The position numbers were made by a program, and so were the translations under genes. DNA of 53,876 nt, filler included, from Jimgerdemannia flammicorona (Eukaryota), in NCBI GenBank assembly GCA_003990765.1. It is 3 parts of 3 records of this genome, joined end to end, with 100 filler letters (N's around TTAATTAATTAA, not from the genome) between each part and the next. Parts side by side here need not be neighbours in the genome. Positions count along the whole stretch, not along the records: positions 17,994 to 35,885 come from RBNJ01002372.1; positions 35,986 to 53,876 come from RBNJ01002373.1; 1 more part is not named here. One strand, given 5' to 3'. Of this stretch, positions 35,663-50,236 are shown one piece after another. Under the pieces are notes generated by a model that made no database searches, was not told the DNA's origin, and worked only from the letters and a program-made list of their open reading frames with translations. The first letter of the stretch is position 1, and every line of letters starts with the position of its first letter.

Positions 35663-35885
35663 TGTGACGGTACAGCCGAATTTGGAAGAAGGAAATAGGG
35701 AATAGACACTTGATCGCACCCATTCCCAAAGTAGTATAGCCTTATAGTTAGCAGTCCTCGATTTCGACATTGTCTAATTTCTTAGACATTGTCTAAATTT
35801 TAGACATTATCCAAATCGAATACCCCGATTTAGCATAGCATTTAGACATTGTCTAAATGTTTCGACAAAGTCCAAATGACTCATT
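35663..35885. repeat. Probable start of a younger LTR, truncated by the contig end
   Basis: Abrupt TGTGACG start with CpGs retained inside CpG-free DNA; repeated GACATTGTCTAA motifs. Confidence 0.45.
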
Positions 35886-35985
35886 NNNNNNNNNNNNNNN
35901 NNNNNNNNNNNNNNNNNNNNNNNNNNNNNTTAATTAATTAANNNNNNNNNNNNNNNNNNNNNNNNNNNNNNNNNNNNNNNNNNNN
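35886..35985. other. Artificial contig linker (N44-TTAATTAATTAA-N44)
   Basis: Same cassette as 17894-17993. Confidence 0.97.
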
Positions 35986-36018
<33 letters not shown>

Positions 36019-36424
36019 GATGTGAGCTAGAGTGGCAATGGAAAATGCAGTCTCATTATAAAAGAAGCTTACTAATTACAATAATGAAGTCCTCTCTAGT
36101 AACAGAAGACAATTATAATAAAGACATCAACTCAGATGTTCAAGGTAATTATAAGTTCTCACAGTTAGCAGGCAAAGTCCTTCCTGATATTGAGGTAATT
36201 ATAACAAAGCTAGTATATACTAAACTAGCTATGAGATCAATGGGATAAACCTGAACCCAAGGTCCAAAGCACAGGTGAGATCAATAAGACTGATATGGTC
36301 AGTGATATAGTTAGTAATGAGGCATAACTGAAAAAGCCACAGAGAATGCCAACAAGGTTAGCAATAAGACTGACTGAAGTCTAGTGTGGAATATACAACC
36401 AAATATATGAATATAACTACAATT

Positions 36425-39400
36425 TGTTGGGATGGCATCTCAATATATCAGTATGTGACCTTATACCATACTATCAGATTTATGTCATTCATCTGTAAAG
36501 CATGAAATACATGATCTACACAATATCAATAAATACTCCTCTCTTTATAATAAAGATTATAAGCCCTGCTAGTACTAAGTAGCTATAGCAAATAAATGTA
36601 CCTCTTCAAAATTCAATATACTGGAAATATCTGATGATTAGTCTAGCAATATGAGTGTAGAAATAGATATATCAATCATAAGCATTCTGCCAACCATGGG
36701 TGTAACCACCTCAACAAATATGGGAAATACAGTCTCAGTTGTTAGCATAAAAACAGTCAAGAGGTCCATCTCAATCTTTGATGAGAGAGACTATACTATT
36801 TGGGTATTTCATATTATAGATCTTTTTGATAAATATGGCTTAGCAGAATATATGAAGCCATAAGCACTAATCCAAGATTATGACACCATAAATAATTACT
36901 GAGTATTATGCAGGATTATATTCATTTTGTTAAATTCTCAAATAAAGCTTTTAATATATGCTATGATGACTTATAAGATATGAGAAGCTCTATGTAATCA
37001 TCACATATAAGCATCCATATCAAATCAGTTCTATTTGAAATCTCAGTTATTCAATCTTTGAATAAAGCCTAAGAAGAGTATCTATAAATATGCTAGTCAT
37101 ATCAATAATCTGATGAATTAAGTGAATTCCCTCAGTACATCTGAAGATTACATTAAGAATGAAGACAAGATTATACTGCTCACAAGAGAACTTTCAGATA
37201 TATATAATGTCATAGTGGTAGCTATGTTTAAGAGTAAGAGACTATTGGATTATACCTATATGATAATGAGCCTTATAAATGAGAAAATATATCAAGGAAA
37301 TAGTGCCAATGATAATGAAGATGCCTTTTATGGGTCCTATAAATGTAGTGCCAAATAAGGTCAAAAGCACAGACAATATAGCCAAAGGGGACAAATTCCA
37401 ACTCAAGCTCAATAATGTGATAACCAGTCTAGCTAATCAACTAAGTATAATGGTTACTATGAATACTGTGGCAAATATAGATACAGGAAGCAGCTTTACT
37501 ATAGTTGGGAAAATGATAAGGAGAGCAGTGAAAATAAGCATAGAAAAAGCCAGTATTGGCAATGTGAGAATGGTAGAAAGAACTATTGAGAGAAGCATAA
37601 TAATACAAATACTGCTGAAACTGATGAAAGTAGTAATATATTTTTTGTGCAAGCTGCCAGTTCTACCACCAGTATAGTTCTGCTAGTATAAGATCTATAT
37701 CTACGAAATCTGGTCAGAAGGATGACATGTTTGGACTAAAAAGTCCCACTAAATCTACTGCCAATTCCACTTCCATCACAAGATCTACTGCCAAATCCAC
37801 CAACCTATCATCTATGAATCCCAGTCAGCAAAACACTTTTGGGCTGAAAAAAAGTAGTGACATCAATATTGCCAACAACCATATATTCTCCACATATATA
37901 TCTGATAAATATATCACTAATATAGCTGATGACAAAGATGTCTGGCTCATGGATTCTGGAGCTATATAATATATGATATCATACAGAGAATAGTTCTCTA
38001 TGCATGAGTATTTCAAGCACTCTATACCTATTAAACTATAGGAAAATAATATCATCTATACTTAAGAAAAGGAAAATGTGGAGATATATCTCTACAGCAA
38101 TGTCATTAAGCCTACTACTACTTTTGTAGATATATTGTATACTCTAGAGATAGGAAAGAACCTCTTCTTTATTGGCAAAATGATGAGTAATAGCAATAAG
38201 AAGATTTATATATATTTAAAGAGTACTATCATATATGATTTACATGACAATGAGCTCATAATAGTCTTGAAATTTGACAATCTTTATATGAACAATAGGA
38301 TGCTAAATAGCATAAAAGCCTCTGCTTATATGATAACTATGTCTAATATATCTAATATATAGCATCAAAGCTTTGGATATATTGATAATATAAGCCTCAA
38401 ACATCTGAGAAGAAGCAGCTCAGTAAGTAAATTTCTGGAATATATATTTTCAGAGAATAGCTTTTACAAGATATGTGTAGAAAATAAAGCTTTCTGGTTA
38501 TTATTTAAAGAATGATTAAAGTGCATCTTAGAGATCCTAGATCTCATATATACTGATATATGCAGTCTAATGTATATTCTATTATATTCCAGTAAGAGAT
38601 ATTTTCTGATATATAGTAATGATCATACATGTAAGACATATATATATTTCCTATCAGTAAAGAGCAAAGCCTTAGAGACATTTAAAGAATTCAAAACAAT
38701 TGCTAAGAATAAATCAAAATATAGAATATATACTATATACTTAGATAATAGATGCAAATACATCAATAATGTAATCAGGCAATTCTTGATAAAATACAGT
38801 ATAAGCCATCAGATGAATACTTCTTATTTATCTCAGTAAAATAGTGTGACTTAGAAATTTAACCATATGACTATAGAAATAGTATATATAATAATTAATA
38901 CAGCTAGACTAGGATATTCCTATTGAGCTGAAGCTCTCAACATGGTGGTATACATCTGTAACAGATGTGTATCTTGATCATTAAGTAAGAATTCAGGCAA
39001 CAATAAGTATTCCAGAGATGATAATCTTACCTCTGAAGAATTATGGAGTAGATCTAAGCTGAGCATATCATATCTATGGATCTTTTATTGTGATATATAT
39101 GTTCTTAACAAAAGCAACATCAATTAGCATAAATTTGAGCCAAAGACAGTCAAGCACATATACCTAGGATATAGTGGGAAATTGTATAGACTCTGGAATC
39201 TCATATAAGATATATATATAGTGATTTCATATGATATATAATTCAATGAAAAAGACTTGAGATACATGTGGAAATACTTATGAAGACCTCTATATCTATA
39301 TTCCCACTAGCACAACAACCAGTACTACTAATATCTCTGATAATTCCAATAGTTAATTAAAACTATTTTCAACTACTATATATATCTGAGCTAAAGTTAT

Positions 39401-41689
39401 CTGAGCTAAGGATCACTGAGATCAAAGATAATGACAGTGAATCCTCCAACAATAAGAGATTCTCTATCAAGAGTAAGGGCAAGTAAAACCCAAAGTATAA
39501 GCTCAGGTATGAGATCTGTTCTGAATTAGGAAGTTATTGGAATATACTAGTGAGCCCTAGATGGCAGCAATATCAAGACAACATAAGCTACACCAAAGCA
39601 TATGAATGCATATATATTGTGACATCTTCTGATAAGCCAAGTATATATAACAAGGCTATGTAATATCTAGACAAAAGGAAATAGCAATAAGTGATAAATG
39701 AGAGATATAATTCACTTATTGAAAATGACATATAGTATCTAGTACCTCTTCTAACAAACTATCAAGCAATTGGATCCAAGTAGGAGTATAGGATAAAATA
39801 TAACACTGATGACAATGTAGAGTAGTATAAAGCTCATTTCATTATCAGGAGTTATTTGCAAGATTATGGCAAAGACTATGATAAGATATTTTTATCTATA
39901 TTCAAACTCACTTTATTTAGAATACTCCTTGCAATCAGCATACTATATAATCTCGAAATTTATCAAATAGAAGTAAAGACAGTATTTCTAAATAGTGATA
40001 TAGATACTAAACTATATGTCCATCAACTGCCAGAATGCAAAAATGATAAGCTCATATACAGATTATATAAGAGACTATATGATATTAAGCAAGTGGCATG
40101 ACTATGGAATAAAAGAATTGATAAGTATCTCTTTATCAATGTATTCATATATTGTGATGCAGATAATAACATATATATCTATATTATAACAATGGTATAG
40201 TATTCGTTGACATATGGGTTGATGATATAATCATTATTACTAGCAATAATAGGCTTAATAAAGTCAAAGAAGCCTAATGCTGAGAATTCAAGATGACTGA
40301 TATGGACAATGTGTTCTTCTTTTTAAAGATATCTATCATATATGACAGAAATATACACAGCATACATCTCTTACAAGAAACTTACACCAAAGTCATCCTT
40401 AAATATTTTAATATAAGTGAATGCAAATCCATCAGCACTCTTATAGATACTTCTATAAAGTTGAGAAAACCAAATACTATATCCAAGAATGATAACAATA
40501 TGCCCAACATCCCCTATTAATAAGCAGTCAGTTCGCTCATATATCTAATACTTAGAATGAGGCCTGATATATCCTATACTGTTAATAAAGTAGTGTAGTA
40601 TTGCTTATACTATGACAACTCACACTGGTTGCAATCAAGAGGAATTTTGGATACCTAAAGAGATCAGCATACTATATGCTCATATTGAGTAATGATATTG
40701 GATTTAGTAAGAGCAATGGCAAGAGCAATAATATCCCACTATCTGGTACATATGATACTGATTGGGCCAGAGACTTGGATGACTGCTGATCTATGATCAG
40801 ATGTCTCTTCCATATCAGTAAAACAAAGAGACCATCATCTTATAGTAAATATATAAGCAATCCTCTATTGCAACCTCATCCATGCAAGCCAAATATTAGG
40901 TATTATTATTGGCAACAAAGGAAGCCATTTGGCTCTATAAACTATTAAAGAAACTTGGCTTTATTTAAAAGAACCTATGCTGATTAGACAAGACTACTAA
41001 TTTATAATAGTGCTTGCTAAGAATCTGATACATTATAGCAGAATGAAACATATCAATATATAGTATCATTTAGTATAGGAATATATTGAAAATAGTGCTA
41101 TATACTTGGAATATATCTTCATAGAGTATATAATCACTAATTCACTTATGAAAGCCCTTCTAAAGCCAAAGTTCCAACAATATATTAAAGGAATAGGTCT
41201 TCCTGGTAATTGATCACAATATATTTTTCAGACTATTAAAAGTCTCCCATACTATATATATATTAGTTATACCTCTAATCTATGAGAGGATTATATATAT
41301 TATATTCTTTATATTCTTCACCTATGGGTAGATATTTTGAGTATATTTCAGAACACTTTTTGATCTGCAAAAATTCCTTGAATATAGAATTATATATATT
41401 GTAAATTGGGTTATATGATGTTCTAGTTTTTTGCATATATTACATTACTTCTTTATTCTAGTTGGTATTTTTTTTTTTTTTTATTTTATTTTGTTTTTTT
41501 TTTTTTTTTTTTTGGATATATGTTATATTCTTTTTTGATTATATATCTTATTGAGCAGGAGTGTTGGGATGGCAACTTGATATGTCAGCATATGACCTTA
41601 TACCATGCCATCAGATTTATATCATTCATCAGTAAAGTATGAAATTGTGACCTATACAACTTCAATAAAATGTCTCTCTCTTTACAACA
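36425..41689 (+). mobile_element. Full-length decayed Ty1/Copia retrotransposon
   Basis: 128-bp LTRs 36425-36552 and 41562-41689 (TGTTG...CAACA); TSD CAATT/TAATT; PBS-like AGATTATAAGCCC; PPT GAGCAGGAG; order PR (WLMDSGA ~37943), IN (LDLIYTDICS ~38537), RT (KTVFLNSDID, WVDDI ~40215), RH (DTDWARDLDD ~40753). Confidence 0.93.
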
Positions 41690-42049
41690 TAATTATTATA
41701 GAATATAAGGGCTCTACAAATATGAATGCAACAAAAAGATGAATAACTACTAAAAGAGTAACAACTGCTAATACCAAAAGGGCAACAACTAACTAGAAAG
41801 CCTTTTATAACTCCTGCCAACAAGGTCTAAAGCTGATATATTCTAAAGGAATAATAATAATAATAATAACTATATTGACTAGAAATGACATCCATATCTT
41901 ATAATAATATCTGCTAATAATATTAATAGTATTGGATGAAGTGGAAGGATATAGTTATCCAACTTCTATGATAGTGACTGGTGATCTCAATGAATAGTTA
42001 TCTAGAGTATATCTCTTATATGTAAGTGAATAATCATGAGATATTTTAG

Positions 42050-42460
42050 GCTCTCAAATGTCTTTATACCATATTTACATTTTACATATAATTAAATATA
42101 TTACATTTCTGTTGGTATTAAAATACATGTTATATATATATATATTACATAATACTTTTCAATCTGTAAAAATTCCTAGATTGTTATAATTCTGAATTAT
42201 AGATAGTTCTAGATTTTATATATATTATGTATTACTTTTTATTCAAATTTCTATTCTTCTTTTTTTTTTTGGATGTAGTTGATATTCTTTTTTTTATTTT
42301 GGCATATATATCTCCTTGAGCAGAAGTATTGGGATTATAAGTCAATATGTATTCATATAACTTTATACTAATTTATTTTATATCATTTATATATCATCAT
42401 TTAAAAGTATCTAAAACATATAATTTGTATTATGAATAAATTGCTTCTTCTGTTCATCAT
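42050..42460 (+). mobile_element. Older Copia 3' end/LTR remnant related to 41300-41689
   Basis: Similar 3' UTR, TTGAGCAGAAG PPT and TATTGGGAT LTR start at ~42327. Confidence 0.55.
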
Positions 42461-43427
42461 AATACTTTATAAGATATCTTAATATTATAGCCTAGATATT
42501 TATAACTAAAGAATTCTTGGTTCAAGGATAATCTATACTTGATAAAGATATAGTATAGTATATCTTGCTATATATATTCCAATATTATTCTTCTTACTAA
42601 AGCCTATAAAAAGATAAAAGCTATGATCTTAGCAGTCAGAGACATAGTAATAAGTCTTTAAAGAATAAAACTAATCAGTACTAAACTTATTAAATATTCT
42701 CTAAAGGTATATTTATTCAGTTAATCTCAAGGTCAGAACTTATAAAATAAGGAGTAATAATTGATGAAAAAACTGTAGACTCTAGTTATTTAGCAGAATT
42801 AAAGTTATCTTAAAAAACAGTTACTCTGAATAAATCCAAAGTTATATAAAAAACAAAATCACTCAAAAGTTTAAAATATTTCAATTATAAGAAGTTACTG
42901 AGCTTACTCAAGATATAAGATAAGTAAAATAATTTGAAAGTTCAGATAAAGAGAAGTACTTTTGCTTCATATTATATAACTACTTTAAGAAAAATCTCTC
43001 TCAGATAGTTCTGAAATATCATTCTGAAGCCAAAAGAGTAGACTGTCTTTAAAATCTTTATACTACTATATATCAGAAATGATTTCTTTAAACTGAATAA
43101 AGAAATTCAAAATTTTAATATAGAAGAGTATATTCTCTAATAAAAAAAATCTACTATACTTTGGAAAAATCAATATATTTAAAATAATATCTATTTATTA
43201 AAAGAAACTATATAAAATATCTAGTATACTATCTTAATTAAATTTATAGAAAATCTATTAACTGAATCAATAAATCAATACAAAAAAGTTACAGTGGAAA
43301 GAAATAACTCATCTGTGACTTAGAAGAAAATAAACCCTTTTACTAATATTATGGCAGATCTCAATCTACTATAATTAATATCAGTTAATATATAGCCTTT
43401 AAAAAATAAAAATATGTTTTTATATAT

Positions 43428-45010
43428 TGTCATATAGTAGTTGCTGAGTCCTTCAAATACATCAGATTCTCTTCAAGGTATATCTCTTAGACTAACTACA
43501 AGTTTGTTATAAGCAAGTTCTTATTAGTGTACCTTCCCAAGGTCTTATAGTCTTCAAACTTCTTATCTTTAAACTGTCTTGTTATCTCTTTAGATTGCTT
43601 GCAAGGAAATGTGGGTAAGTGAACTTGACTGACTTTATTCTAGAGGAAATAAGAAGGATATTTATACCAAATATAATTCAATGGTTGCTAAGATATAAGG
43701 CTAAATATAAATTTCAATAACTAAATAAAATGCTGGAACACAGAAAACTACAGTTGTCAGTACAGATTCCAGTATTGGTACAGATAGTTATACAGGTTCA
43801 GGATGCTGGTATAATTTCAGTGATACAGGAAAAGGGTGCTAGAATAATTCTGAGTCACATGAGGTCAGAATACTGGTGGAGGAATAGCTGTTATACAGGA
43901 AAAGAATGCTGGCATAATTCAGTATAACTAAGGGACTTAGAGCAGAATATTCAGGACCATGAAGACTTTATCTTCATCAGAGGTCAGGATGTCTTTGAAG
44001 GAGATGAGATCAATTTCATTCATTTTATTACATATGTTGCATATTTCACATACTTCATACATTTCACATATGTCATGCAGGATGAGATCATTGCTGATGA
44101 TGTCATCATGTTCAGTAGTAGGAAAATTGGGGGCTCTCCAATCTATGAGGTTCTCTTCTACAAAATAGGAAACAAATGTGGGGTCTTGGGGTGGTCTGAC
44201 CTGGATGCTGAGACCTTGGAATGTAGAGATCAATTCTTACAGAAATTGATCTGGGTTATCCTGGAGAATGGGATACCAGAACTCTTCTAGCTCATCACTA
44301 TCAAGGGTGATAGTGGACTGGGCTTCTGTTGCCACCCTGGCTTCTAGTGCATTGATACAGTTGGCTGACAGATCTCCGAAGTCTATGACTCTAGTATACT
44401 CCAAGTTGGAGATCAATCATGGTGCATGTCTGAAGATCTGGTAAAACTTCTTAGCTGTCCTTGTTTCATGTATATCCATGAGAGTGACATCTTGTAACTC
44501 TTGAGAGCTGGCCTGTGAGAATTCCTGGTAGAGAAGATTTCCTATTTCATACTCCTGCCACATTTGGAGGCACTTGGTAGCAATGGTGATCCTTGTTTCT
44601 ATTTCATGATAGTAGAGGATAAGTGATAAGGATCTCCAGTACCCAGGTTAAGGCTAGGAGTCCTTCTTGTATAGGTCCTCATGGCTCTTCTGATGTCTTG
44701 AAACATTCTTTCTTCGACTGAGGGGCCTTGAAGGTTCCTTGACCTTGAGGTTTGGCAAGCAGCAGGTATTTCATTTATGGTAAGTCTTTAGAACTATTTC
44801 TGTGAGCTTGTTTGGATTACTACTACTGTGGTTTCTTAATTCTTTTTTTATATTCCTTGAGACATCTATCTTGTATCACAGTTAGTCATCATTGCTCATC
44901 TTGTAGCCTGGGTGAGTCATATCATATGATCTTCTTATGCTCCAATCTGGTGGCTTGTAAGAAAAGACTGTCTTCTGTGCTGATGTCATTATTCTGAGGT
45001 CACTGTTACA
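43428..45010 (-). repeat. Solo LTR of Gypsy family A (1583 bp)
   Basis: TG...CA ends; reverse complement matches 2479-2634 + 10148-11578; ATAT on both sides (43424-43427, 45011-45014). Confidence 0.88.
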
Positions 45011-46100
45011 ATATATTATAAAATAAATACAGATAATATAATACCTTTTGATAGAAATTATATATAATATCCTATAATTTAAACAAATTTGAGAAGAAAT
45101 ATATTTTAAATAATAAAGTTATCTGATTATTAACTATCCTCTGAACAAGCTCAATACTTTTTATACTAAAGAAAGAAAGATGGAAACTCTATATAAATTT
45201 AGTAAATTCAACTTGTTAATAGAGAAGATACTTATTTTCTACTCTAAAATAATACTCTTATAGATTAACTATATGTAAGAAATAAGTATTTCAGCAATAT
45301 AGATCTCTTTTCAGAATTCTATAATATATAGATAGATTCTAAAAATTTTAGAAGACAGTCTTATTTATTTTAGAAAAGTTATTTAAATACTTCCAAGCTC
45401 TTTAGCCTTATAATATATTACTAATATTTTGATGAATAATGAACTTAGTCAATAATATATTAATTTATCACTATCTAATTATCTATATAAATAATTTTAA
45501 TATTTAGTTAGTAAATTTCAAAGAATATTTATAATATTTAGAGAAATTTTTCTGGCATATCATAAAGAATTATCTGAGACTTAATATCAAAAAATACTAC
45601 TTTAAAAACAGAAACTAAAATTTCTTAAATTTGTTGTTTCTATAAAAGAAACACATTAGAGCTAAAGAAATGAGAAAAGATCAACAATAGGTCTATATTG
45701 AAGATTCTAAAAAAAACTCAATTGTTTCTAATTAATATATTCTACTATTAGAGATTTATTAAAAATATTACCAAAATCTCTAATTCTACTATAGTTCTTT
45801 TATCAGAACAAATTAAGTATATTTTGAAATATTATATATATAGTTTACTTATCTGATTAAGCTTGTAGATTTGATGCTAAAGTTCCAAATTAAAACTTTA
45901 ATTCTATATTTTGTTAAAGATTATAAACTGAATATTTTATTATTTTTTGACTATATAACTATAGACTAGAATAAGTTTATATATTGATATTATAGCTACC
46001 TTATTCTGTAATTGATCACTTTTGAGTTAGATATATTATAATATAATAAAGATTTAGTTTTTTATTTAGTAATATTTGATATTAATATATTACAAACCAG
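45011..46100 (+). pseudogene. Highly eroded Ty3/Gypsy RT remnant
   Basis: KYFSNIDLFSEFYNI at ~45285 resembles YFSKLDLxSGFHQI. Confidence 0.55.
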
Positions 46101-46139
46101 TGAAATTTACAGCTCTTTAATTTATAAATCTCACTAGTC

Positions 46140-46970
46140 TTTAAGCCAATTGAGTTATTTGTCAGAATGGCTTCATCTTGCAGCACCAACTTTGATCCAA
46201 TGCCGATCATAAATTCAATGACTTTCCTCTTTAGCGAGAGTCACTTATTCCATACGACAGCTCTTAGCTTCTTCAATACAGCACTGCTTGGCTGGGGCAT
46301 AGCTTCAATAGGAGTGGCTTCAATATTTCGGCAATAGATGATGTCTGCCTTCAATTATTATACTGTGGCAATGCTATTTGGTGGTATAGATACATCTGTG
46401 CTCACCTTCTTCAATGCGAATGATTAAAATACAAGGAAACTCACCCTTCTTGGCATTACAGCATTCTTCAATGATTATATTCGTTTCGCTGTAAGACATA
46501 AAGGTCAGGGGCTTTGATACAGTTGTTTTGTACCAAAATTCAAAGTTTTTTTTGTGCGGCCTTCAACTCAGCAGTCTTATGATCTTAATATTCATTGTTA
46601 TTTGCAATGTTCGATTTCTGCCATCCTCAACTGCCTTTGCTTCAGTAGATGGCAGTATTTAATTATCAGCCATCCATTCATTTTCCAGCTCAAATGTCAG
46701 TTTAGCCCTCAGGTCCTAATTTATCCCACAGCTTGAACATGGTGATGTCTTTCTCATTCTCATTAAGTAAGTGGTTTTTCCCATATATTAGATATACATG
46801 TTCCTTATCCACACATCCTCTGTGAGTGCCTTGGGCTCCAACAAGCTTGTAATATACTCCTCCGCTATGTCTCAAATACCGCTACCACCAAGTCGCACTT
46901 AACCTTCAAGCTCTTGACTGACTCTCCTACTTGCACCATCAATAACAACTCCAGTACCACTCTTGCCATA
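46140..46970 (-). pseudogene. Possible decayed spliced gene fragment of unknown function
   Basis: Higher GC and some CpG; minus-strand protein-like frames broken by stops; GTGAG donors at ~46407 and ~46445. Confidence 0.25.
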
Positions 46971-47399
46971 TCTCTCTTTGCCTAATTCTCCATCTGACTG
47001 TACTCTAAGTTAGTTTACTTTTCAAGTTAAGAAGCTGCCCCAATTTGATCGATTAGGGTTTTTGTTTGAGACTATTTTTAACAGTACAGTCAATATGACC
47101 GAACCCAACTAAGATGCTAATTTCGCGACTCAAAAATCATATTGTAATAAATAAATAATTTTCATATATGTCAAAATTGCAGGAAATGTAGGGTACATTG
47201 GTTTCAGAAGGTGTTTTTCCGATGTGAAAGTACAATCTGAATACGGTGGCCAGAAGGTTGTAATGCAAAAAGCATAAGAAGTTAAAGGAAATGAAAAGAG
47301 GAAGAAACAAATTGGGATCTATAGGAAGAGGAGACATTATCAGCATCAAGGGATCACAAAAATGATAAAATTACACACAAATATAGTTTTACTATAGGA

Positions 47400-48791
47400 A
47401 ATATATTTTCACTCAAAGAGAAACTCTAGAAGCTACTTTATGAATTTGAGTATATTTTTACTACTGATTTCAATGATATCAAGAGAAAGAAGTCATATGT
47501 ACTATTTGAGATAAGAAATAATGAGCCCATCTATTTAGAAAGTAAGATTGAATCAACTATTACTATATTATAAATAACTTAGAGAAGATATCAAGCAGAA
47601 AGAGGAAGCTGATATCATTAAAGAAGTTATTAGTCTCTGATTATTAACAATTGTACTACCTCTCCTAAAAGTGAGCAAGTTAGAAAATTCTTATAAAAGT
47701 TTGTATAAATTACATAAAACTCAATATAGTAACTAAAGTGAATAACTTATTCCTACATCTCTTCAGGAATATCTTAGTGATACATATCAGGAGATCAAGT
47801 TCAATAATATATCACTCTAAATCTCTACTCCTAATTCTTCCATATTAGTCTTATCAAAAAAGCTAGTAAAAGATTAAATATATATAATAACTCTAGATAA
47901 AATAATTTCTATCTACAAATACTATTCAGAATGAATGATATCTTGGTATATATTTTGCAAATAATAAATCAGATTTATAAATATAATAGAGAAAAATAAA
48001 TATTAATATATATTGATAATATTGTTATCTTTAGTAAGATAGTTAAGAAACATCTATACTATATATAACAGATTTTACAGAGATTGAGAAAATATTTTCT
48101 ATTTATCAAACTAAAAAATATATGTTATTAGAAGTAAAAATATTGAATATATTACAAATTAGACTAAAATATATATAGACTATAAAGATCTAAGCTATAG
48201 ATCTACTAGGGCTACTGAAGCCAGAGCTTTCATAAGACTTGTTGCTTACTCTAAATAATTTATAAAATGATTTTTGAACATTTCAAGTCCTATTTATTAT
48301 CTGTTTAAAAATGATATCTAATTTGAATAAATAACTAAGTAAAAAAAAAACATATCATTATCTCAAGACCAGATTGAGTTAGATATCTATTTTATGAAGA
48401 TTTAACTAATATAAAGAATATATCTTTTAGATTACTATAAGCTCTATTAGTCTAGAAGTAGTTCTTGTACATATAACAGAAATCAAAGTGATATATATAT
48501 TTATATATCTAATCCTAAGGATTTATTAAGAAGAAAATGAGTATCAATTCTATATATAAATTGAAGTATTATTTATTATCTCAGTTATAGAAAAATTCTA
48601 TACTATTTTTCAGAAAGATACTTTATTATCAAGATAGACTATTCAGCTCTTACTTATTTATTAACTATAAGTAAACTAAAGAAATTCTATACTAAACTAC
48701 AAGCCTATAGGGTAATTTCTATATACTATTTAGGAAGAATTAAATCAATATACACACTCTCTCACAAATACTCTAAAGAGTTTATATGTAT
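47400..48791 (+). pseudogene. Highly eroded Ty3/Gypsy RT-RNase H remnant
   Basis: YIDNIVIFSK...HL....QILQRLR at ~48008-48090 (YIDD motif). Confidence 0.6.
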
Positions 48792-48795
48792 CTAG

Positions 48796-50236
48796 TGTAA
48801 TGTGCCGGCTCAATGGAGGCAAATTACTAGGTTGGGGGTTGATGTAGTTTGGCTTGAGCCCCCAGTTACTTTGTTAAAAGCAACAAAATGTTCTTGGTGT
48901 TTAGCAGTATAATAGTCAAGATCTGGATACTGTGCGAGCGATTTCCTTATTGGGACTGTTCTCTGGGTGTAGCGGCGATTTGTGTGTGAATGGACTTCCT
49001 TCTTGGGTCAACTGGGAATGCCACAATAATTTGTGTAGTGCGACGATCTCCAAAAGTATGCAATCTCTGGGTGTGACGGTCTGGCAATTTAGCGGTTCTC
49101 CTTCTTGGGTGACGGTCTCTGATTTCTGCGTGACGATCTCTGTGTAGCGCAGCAGATTCCTTATGTGGGAGGTTCTGATAATTCGGCGGATGACTCGATT
49201 TGGGTGCGGGTTTACTGGGAATGTATGGCGTGGGTTCTCCTGTCTGGGAATAATGCTGGCGGCGGATTTCTTCTCGGGCTCACTGGGAACGACGAATAAC
49301 TCGGAAGGTGCGAATCGGGCTCTTCTGGGAATGATAGCTCGGGTGACGCGGGCTTTCTGGGAATGCGGACAACTTGAAAATGGTGGATGATGCGGATTTG
49401 GTGGGCTTCTTGGAAACGGCGGCTTAACTGGGAATTAACTCGGATGGCGTAGATTTGGCTTCAACTGGGAATATGGTGGATAACTCAAAAGTGGCGGGTG
49501 ATGCGAATAACTCGGATAACTCAGATTCTTCCCGAATCGGCGGGCTTCTAACTGGGAAACGGCGGCAAAGTTCTTCCTTGAACTTGGGTGGCAAACTTCA
49601 GGCTTATCTGGCAAGCGAACCAATAGTTCCAAAGGCGGCGAAGTTCTTCCTTGAACTTGGCGGCAGAATCAGCTTTGTATCGGAAAGTGGACCAGAGTAG
49701 AAGAGAAGAGAACCAAGCTCACAACTTCTTGACAGTGGCTCGTTGGCAGGCGTATCTCCTAAGTGTTGCAATCCTTCCTGGATCAAGTGGCTTTTGGCAG
49801 GCGTTTCTCCTAAGTGTACCAGACAATTGACTTTTGCTTTGGTTTGTATTCAACTTTCGGACTGAGGTTTTATTCACTCTCACCACTGGGGTAATTTATA
49901 CAAGTTGGTTGCTATCTGGTTACTATGTGGCTAATTATACATTTGCTATCTTTGGTATTGTTTGGGTGTGTCCTCTGGGTACAGGTGTGTCCACAGGACA
50001 TGAGTGTGTCTGCAGGACATGAGTGTGTTCGCAGGACATGAGTGTGTCCGCAGGACATGAGTGTGTCCTCAGGACACAGGTAAACAATCCTGATCTGGTG
50101 TCTTGGCTAATTATAAGTGTGGCGGGCATGAGTAACTATGATACTCTGGAAGTCACATCATGCTGAGTAAGTATGCTAATTGTTCGCGTCATCTGGCTAG
50201 GTTATAATTCAGGTGGTACGTTTTTGGTCTGTTACA
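48796..50236 (-). repeat. Relatively young solo LTR, family D (1441 bp)
   Basis: TGTAA...TTACA ends; 4-bp TSD CTAG (48792-48795, 50237-50240); CpG retained; minus-strand GTATAAATTACCCC at ~49887-49900; internal CAGGACATGAGTGTGT tandem at ~49990-50075. Confidence 0.85.

Noticed and set aside
46140..46350. TGA-as-Trp frame suggesting Mollicutes endobacterial DNA
   Set aside because: Only one TGA, nearby GTGAG splice donors and other stops fit a decayed nuclear gene better
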